From contig NC_042999.1 of the NCBI RefSeq assembly GCF_006345805.1, positions 39,804,001-39,868,000 on the forward strand: a DNA stretch of 64,000 nt, read 5' to 3'. The stretch is from Octopus sinensis. Its lineage: Eukaryota. Both the position numbers and the translations under genes were made by a program. The notes beneath the pieces are model-generated. The model was not told the origin of the DNA. It worked only from the letters and a program-made list of their open reading frames with translations, and ran no database searches. Numbering within the stretch: the first letter of the stretch is position 1; every line of letters starts with the position of its first letter. Shown piece after piece: positions 57,361 through 64,000 of the stretch.

Positions 57361-58420
57361 ATTGGTAAAAACGGTAAGATAACAAAAGAAAGAAGGAGAC
57401 CTCAATATTATGTAAATAGAGGAAATTTATCTATAAAATAATATGTTACGATTACTCAATAGTCAAGATAAAACTCTGAGTTTCAAATGCCGAAGTGGAA
57501 ATCCACAACACTCTCTCTTCGGTTATCTGGTCATCAGAAAAAACGCTATGAAAAAATACCGTTATATAAAGGGAAATTACTGTGTTATAATTCTGCTACT
57601 TATATAAATAAGATTAAAATTTCATAGCCTAGTCATACGCTCACATGTGCGCTCGCGGACCCACGTGCGTACTTATACGTCACTATGAAAACATACACAT
57701 CTTCATTCGCCAAATATATACGCATATATATATACAAACTCATACATACACACATGCGTACCGTAAAAGTTACCATGGTTAAAGGTAACAGAAAAAAAAC
57801 ATAAGGAAGTATACAAAGCATAAAAACCACGTTCATATACGGACATGCCCTTATGCACTCATACACACATGCCTATATATGTACATACCCACACATGTAT
57901 ATATACGCATACACGCACACGCATATACGAAAAATGAATATACATATGACCCCCCCCCCCCAAAAAAAAAAATCCCCTAAAAATATGGAAAAATACTAAG
58001 TAAAAACGTCTATATATATATGCATTCTTATCCCGAAAAGTTTTTTATCTCATTATACCTTTTACTATTTCATATATTTTATATTTTCACACATAATAAT
58101 TTTTCTCTATTGTTCTGTACCTTTCTATCCTGCATTTTTTCCTGTGCCTATATAGACGTGTATATAGTTTCATTTGTACACGTGTGTGAATATGTATGAA
58201 TGGGTGGTTTAGATGCGTGCGTGTGTGCGGGCATAAAAATGCATATATATATATAGACGTTTTTACTTAGTATTTTTCCATTTTTAGTGGGGGGGGATAT
58301 GTATATTCATTTTTCGTATGGCTAGATAACCGAAGAGATGGTGTTGTGGATTTCCACTTCGGCATCTGAAACTCAGAGTTTTATCTTGACTATTGAGTAA
58401 TTGTAACATATTATTTTAAT
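57361..58420 (-). mobile_element. PLE-derived element with nested inverted repeats
   Basis: Outer arms ~57430-57528 / 58324-58420 carry HHR-like motifs. Inner arms 57925-58035 / 58228-58320. Left tail identical in family to 1127-1238. Confidence 0.75.
58324..58386 (+). ncRNA. HHR-like motif with a U4C core (mirror copy at 57466-57528, minus)
   Basis: agataa-CCGAAGA-gatggtgttgtggatttccacttcggcatct-GAAA-ctc-a-gag-TT-ttatct; 6-bp helix I abuts both ends of the core. Confidence 0.5.
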
Positions 58421-58581
58421 ATATATATATATAATATTATATATATATATATCTATATATATATATATATATATACTCATTTTGCCATATGATACTAATA
58501 AATATATGCATATATATGCATATAGTGTGGTGTGTGTGTTGTGTGTGTATGCTTGTATGTATATGAATGTCCGTATTCATA

Positions 58582-58681
58582 NNNNNNNNNNNNNNNNNNN
58601 NNNNNNNNNNNNNNNNNNNNNNNNNNNNNNNNNNNNNNNNNNNNNNNNNNNNNNNNNNNNNNNNNNNNNNNNNNNNNNNNN
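58582..58681. other. Assembly gap (100 N)
   Basis: Run of exactly 100 N; true size unknown. Confidence 0.99.
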
Positions 58682-58724
58682 TACACATCAAATCACATAT
58701 GATGTGCCATCCTAATACACACAC

Positions 58725-59060
58725 CAACTAATACATACTAATACGTACTAATACATACTAGTACATACTAATACTTACACCAACCCTATACATACACACG
58801 TCCAGACCCCGCATACGCACTTATACTCTCTCACACACACACACACATACCTATACATACCAATACGTACTAATACATACTAATACATACTAATACATAC
58901 ACCAACCCCATACATACGCACGTCCAGACCAATCTTACGCACTAATACTCTCTCATACACACATACACACACACACACACACACCCTTATACATACTGAT
59001 ACATACACCAACCCTATACATACACACATCCAGACCCCTCCCACGCACTTTTATCTGGTC
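58725..59060. repeat. Minisatellite, ~2.5 units of ~130 bp with a 10-bp ctaatacata subrepeat
   Basis: acaccaaccc(t)atacatac(a/g)cac(g/a)tccagacc occurs three times. Confidence 0.8.
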
Positions 59061-59353
59061 CCTCAACCCATTTATCAACCCTATTATCTCCCCTTATTTC
59101 GTTCTCGCGTCTCATGTTTGATCTTTGACCTCTGGCCGAAATCAGATCGCCATGTTGATTCGTTAGCTACTGCACGCATTTTTTTCTCTCTTCTTTCTGT
59201 GTTTTCTCTCTCTGTGTATCTTTCTGTTGAAGAGCGTAGGCTCGAAACGTTAAAGACTTGTTTTATTTATATTTCCTGAGCGCCATACTAATACAATTGT
59301 TCGTTTGTTTTCCACCTGCCTTCGTCTTTTGTTTATTTTCATAAAGCTTCCCG

Positions 59354-59356
<3 letters not shown>
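59060..59356 (+). mobile_element. PLE family A2 copy with an HHR-like motif (59220-59255)
   Basis: cttt-CTGTTGA-a-gagc-gtag-gctc-GAAA-cgtt-aaag, followed by a tail and (TA)n. Confidence 0.65.
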
Positions 59357-59437
<81 letters not shown>

Positions 59438-59479
59438 CATACACACATATTTTACAAGCAGTATATGTATACACACACC

Positions 59480-59624
<145 letters not shown>

Positions 59625-60529
59625 TACACGCAGAAACAGCAGAGAGAAGGAGAGAAGGGTGTATAATAAAGAGAGACAGAGATAGAATGAGAAAGAAAAG
59701 AGAATAATAAAATACCCATAATTTGATGACATTGAATTTAAATAAAATATCTAGAAAAAGACTTTTTTCAGCATAATTTTCATAATACTGTTTTCCTTTT
59801 ATAACACCTTTAGCGAAATACGAATTTAAACAAAGAAATTAATAGCAATTCATACATATGAAATTGAAATAACTTTATATATAAATGGAATTTTTAGACG
59901 AAGTGATTTTATTTCTATTACAATTGTAACCTCACATTTTAAAATTTGACATGTAATGTGAGAACAGTATGAAAAATAGTTTTAATAAAAAATGCTATAC
60001 TATATCTGCTATATTGAATATAAGTTTGTACACTATAGTTCATGTGAAACCAATTCACAACAAAAACCAGCATCCGTGCTGCTATGATTACTGTAGAATA
60101 GGAAATGGTATAAAGAAAAAGAAAGTTGATTTCATTTTCATTCCTTAGTACACGGGTACTAAATGTGATATCAGATTAAATAAAACTATTAATTTTTAAA
60201 TATATGCATAATATTCTTTCAAAACAATTTCGAAAGCATTTATTGTAAATCGTTTTATTTACATTTTTGGTTGTTTTGCCAATATTAAGTGTACAGCATA
60301 AGGTTTATAAGACAGGAATTTCAAAGAGTCGTTAGATCAACGGATAGAATGTTCATGGTTCAAATTTTGTCTCTTAATTAATGTTGCTTTCTGCACATGT
60401 GTCATCCCTTATTTAGTCACTGTACTGGAGAATTTTACTCCAGCCATGTACGCTTACATTTTCATAAATTTTCATAAATTATTTTCAAATACTTTTTATC
60501 TGTTACTAATATCATTAGTACAGGCTTTA

Positions 60530-60740
60530 CAGCAGCGATCTGGCAGAATCTGTACACCACATCTCCCGGACAAAATGCTTAGTGGTAATTGTCTGAATCC
60601 ACCTTCTTAGTTCAAATTCCGCCGAGGTTAACTTTGCCTTTCTTCCTAAGTACCAGCGAAGCACTGGGGTCGATATAATCGACTAGTCCCCACCACAAAA
60701 GTTGCAGGCCTTGTGCTGTTAATAGAAAGGGATATTAGAA
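60530..60740 (+). mobile_element. SINE type B, diverged
   Basis: cagcgatctggcagaatc...aaatgcttagtggta...gttcaaattccgccgagg...ggggtcgatataatcgactag. Confidence 0.82.
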
Positions 60741-61517
60741 CGGGCTTAACTACTTAATATGTACATAATGCTTATTTTCTTATATGTCATATCTCGCGTT
60801 CGAGTTGAGTTAGAATGATTTTATTTAATAGAGATTTCTGTAACATCTAAAAGATGAAGTACATAGGAAGCTGGGGAGGAGTGTACGACGGGCATACCAA
60901 TGTCTGGTGCGACAGCAAATTAATCGAGTTTAAATAACGACAAAGTATAATATCGTTTGTATAATCGTCTTTTATTCAGTAAAGCATTGGTAGAATTTTA
61001 CGTGTTAACAAAATAATTTAATAACCCACAAATAAAGTGTTACGCTACGTTTAACAAATCTAATAAATCAGTAAACAACACTTATATGAAAGAAAGATGA
61101 ACAAAATAAGATACGTCACATATTGTATTAAGTTAAACTAAACATAAGATAAAGACTACTGTTATGTTAAAACAAGGTGTACAAGAAACTAATCAGCAAA
61201 TTGAAAACTGTCAATCTGCGTTCTGTTTTTTTATACCAAAAGCCGCGCAGATTATTTTAATCTATATATTGCTGCGCAAGAGTAGTTTAAATTCCAAATA
61301 TTTAAATACAAGATGTATGTTCATGTATTTGCTTTGCTTTTGCTTTCACGCCTTTCCTACTTGCATTATAGTCGATTGGTGAAATCTTTTGAAATGTAAC
61401 ATATATTTGGTAACGAGTTATTGGGCGTCGCTCTCATTTATATAAACTTAAAATCGGAATCTCAATCGCACTCTCACTCTCACTCTCCTTCAGCTTTTGT
61501 CTTTCACTGATCTTTCC

Positions 61518-61571
<54 letters not shown>

Positions 61572-61573
<2 letters not shown>

Positions 61574-62720
61574 TTTCAGTAAAAACATAAAAACAATTAA
61601 GATTCAAGTGAATTTCACTGAATTCAAATGAATGCGGTACTCAACTTAGATGCACCAGAAATATTTATGGTATTAACCATAAAATAATGTGGGGTGATTA
61701 TAAACAAGAAAAAAGCAACAAGAATGGATTAGTTGTTCAGTACATTTGTTTCATACGAAGAACAGTTTTATTAAAAGCTGGAAATATTGCAGCAAATACA
61801 AATGTCCCGTATTCATCAGCCAAAACACGAGTTTTCTAAAAATCCTAGGGAGTGAGGCTACCCTCATGAAGTATCTAAGAGAGTTCTATGAAATTCAAAG
61901 TTAGATTGTAAGCAGACTGAAAATGTTTTCTAATGAGGCACAGTTTTATAAAAGGTTTTTAAATGATTGTTAACTTCTCAGAGAAGGTAAATCCATCCAT
62001 AATAATGCAGATGTAGTTTTCGGAGATATGAGGAAAGATGTTATTCACAGAGAGGGTGAATGTATCCATAATAATGCAGATGTAATTTGCTGATGTATGA
62101 GGAAAAGATGTTGATCACACATCTATTCATTTCACAACTAAGTTGTTGGAAGAAGAGTTTGGCTATAGTGGCTAAAAGAAGTCGCAAAAAAGTCAGTGAA
62201 GCAGAAACCGCCCAAATAAGGACATTATGGGAGGAAGGGTAGGGGAATAAGACGGCGTAAGTATATTACATACAAAAGTTAGTTTATTTCTCTGATGACA
62301 GAAAATCTAGGTCAGTGTTGCAGGAATTTAAGATTTATAAGGGAACATTATTTTTGACCAGCAAACAGCTATCAACTGCCACTCCCACAGAGTTAATGGC
62401 TCGATAAAGAATATATAGAGATCAAAGGAAAATATTAAAGGGGTCAAAGGCTATCAGTAGAGGAAGATACAGTAAGAAAGTTAAGGGCAACACTAGAGCA
62501 GAAGGTTATTTATTTATTATTGTTTCTATTTTTACTTACGTTTATATATTGTAAGACAGAATTTAGGTCAATACCTAGAGGTCAGATAAATTCTATAGTA
62601 AATGGTGTGAGAGTTTTGCTTATTCAAAATATAGTGATAATTCCTTGTATTAATAAGGGAGTAGTATTACCTATTAAATTTAGAATAGAATTAGGAAATA
62701 TTAGCAATTTATTTGAATTA
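61572..62720 (-). mobile_element. PLE 3' non-coding region with an HHR; diverged relative of 6425-7750
   Basis: Colinear blocks with 6425-7750 (tail, HHR, tandem duplication, tttgaccag..aaacagct, aggtcaa..cctag). Ends at (TA)n. Confidence 0.8.
61735..61825 (-). ncRNA. Type I HHR with long helix II
   Basis: ttttgg-CTGATGA-atacgggaca...tgttcttcgtat-GAAA-caaatg-TA-ctgaac. Confidence 0.75.
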
Positions 62721-62919
62721 AGTTAAATTAACTATATAGTCAATTAAAACTTGGCATCGTACAAATACTATCTATTTTTGTGTGTTTTAAACAGGTACAG
62801 TTAGAAAGGAAGAACACCAGTGGAAGAGCTCACAGATTTCTATTTAAAATATATTAGAGTTTTGCTTTTTCAGTTAATACAAGATAGACCTAACTCTATA
62901 TGGTTATTCTATACGATTT

Positions 62920-63636
62920 TTATTTAAAATATTTAAGAGTCTTGATTTTTGAGTGAATACAATATATACATAATTCAATACGGTTATTTAATAAATTTTT
63001 ATTTGTTCTATTCTTTAAAATTTCATATGTCTCCATGGAGCAGAGTTGGCAACCTACTCTGTTATTTCTATAAGGTATTGCCCTTCTAACTATTTCCCAT
63101 TTTAGGTTATATTTAATATTATTATTTTTGAGTTCCCAAATCTTACTGGAAAGTGTGTTGCAACCAGCCTTATGACGTAACTTAAATGAGGAGATATGAT
63201 TGCTAATTCGTTGCTTAAATTTTATAGTACAACCCAAATAAAAAAATTTGCTTTTCTCAGTAGTTATAGTACATTTATAGATTACGTTATGGACCCCACA
63301 CAGACCTGGTACCAGGCATTTTGACTTAATCCTACAAATACACCTAGGGGAATAATCTTCAGATTTAGAATTATTTAAGGATAGATATCTCATATTGCTG
63401 CTGTTCAGATTATTATGAGTATAATTTTCGTTATTATAGGTAATGTTGTTATCTAAAGCTGTGTTATCATTTATCGATCCGCTTACAATATCATTTAGCT
63501 CTATAGCCATATCATAATTATCAACATTATTGGCATTGCTACTATTATTGCTTGTATTTATATCCGAATGCATATTGCTGTTATAGATATCAATGTTATC
63601 TTCATTCCCGAAATTATCTCTATTTGCATTGCTCAT
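62920..63636 (-). CDS. PLE GIY-YIG endonuclease (238 aa) with an Asn-rich N-terminal extension, no RT in frame
   Basis: CICRIKSKC (CxCx5C), VIYKC...YLGCT..FKQRISNH, LSSKIWELK, KWEI, CQLC..E, LLNNR.E...CIH. Uninterrupted frame. 28 Asn in the first 90 residues. Confidence 0.85.
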   Translation of the reverse strand: MSNANRDNFGNEDNIDIYNSNMHSDINTSNNSSNANNVDNYDMAIELNDIVSGSINDNTALDNNITYNNENYTHNNLNSSNMRYLSLNNSKSEDYSPRCICRIKSKCLVPGLCGVHNVIYKCTITTEKSKFFYLGCTIKFKQRISNHISSFKLRHKAGCNTLSSKIWELKNNNIKYNLKWEIVRRAIPYRNNRVGCQLCSMETYEILKNRTNKNLLNNRIELCIYCIHSKIKTLKYFK

Positions 63637-63719
63637 ATTATTATCAATATTATTTTTCCTATTAATATTAATATTATTATTAGTTATTCCATGGTTATTG
63701 ATGCTACCCTTTTGATGCT

Positions 63720-63869
63720 AGCAAAATGGGGGAAATACTAGAGTAATAATTATTTATGTCAAACTGAATAAAGGAGAGACTACTAGTATTAGTTAGAGAA
63801 TTAAACCATTCTAATACTTCATCAGTATTTAGCCATAGACTTAAGGGAAGAGTCGGGGTTATTTGGGGT
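63720..63869 (-). pseudogene. PLE RT fragment around motif A, out of frame with the EN ORF
   Basis: Minus-strand LWLNTDEVLEWFNSLTNTSSLSFIQFDINNYYSSISPILL. Confidence 0.75.
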
Positions 63870-64000
63870 AGAATCGCACCCCAAATAACCCTGACTCTTC
63901 CCTTAAGTCTATGGCTAAATACTATGATGAAGTATTAGAATGGTTTAATTCTCTAACTAATACTAGTAGTCTCTCCTTTATTCAGTTTGACATAAATAAT
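63748..64000. repeat. Fold-back palindrome (arms 63748-63869 / 63878-64000+, 8-nt spacer), runs off the window edge
   Basis: Arms are reverse complements with one substitution and one 2-nt indel. Confidence 0.9.

Noticed and set aside
58725-59060. Repeat-spacer-like periodicity considered as CRISPR
   Set aside because: Eukaryotic context, the inter-repeat segments are themselves homologous, and no cas genes are present.
62520-62730. Minus-strand frame broken only by TGA codons, considered as a selenocysteine or recoded PLE segment
   Set aside because: The TGAs are not at conserved Cys positions, there is no recognisable domain, and no SECIS was seen; best read as non-coding.
63790-63830. 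Minus-strand CTGATGA followed by an agtattag/ctaatact stem
   Set aside because: No GAAA or helix I; the bases encode N-T-D-E within the RT fragment.

Overview
Eukaryotic, AT-rich, microsatellite-saturated DNA with one 100-N assembly gap (58582-58681). The SINE families and repeat landscape suggest an octopus or other coleoid cephalopod (inference from recalled repeat sequences; no search run). I cannot support any host protein-coding gene, true tRNA/rRNA gene or CRISPR array; most ORFs in the supplied track are translated (TA)n/(TG)n/(GATA)n tracts. The window is built from four kinds of mobile element. (1) LINE remnants of several clades: RTE, CR1, R4/Dong and possibly Jockey/I. (2) Four tRNA-derived SINE families. 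(3) Non-autonomous DNA elements, including a TTAA-flanked GAG...CTC MITE. (4) Many Penelope-like element (PLE) derivatives, mostly inserted in (TA)n tracts. The main signal is in group 4. At least eight fold-back or inverted-repeat insertions are present, most carrying type I hammerhead ribozyme (HHR) motifs, and wherever polarity can be read the unique tail lies 3' of the sense ribozyme. Two non-canonical HHR cores recur in separate copies: CCGANGA with a CUC-N-GAG helix III, and CUGUNGA. A PLE at the right edge has lost most of its RT but keeps an uninterrupted GIY-YIG endonuclease ORF with an Asn-rich N-terminus. All folds were made by eye; none were computed or tested.
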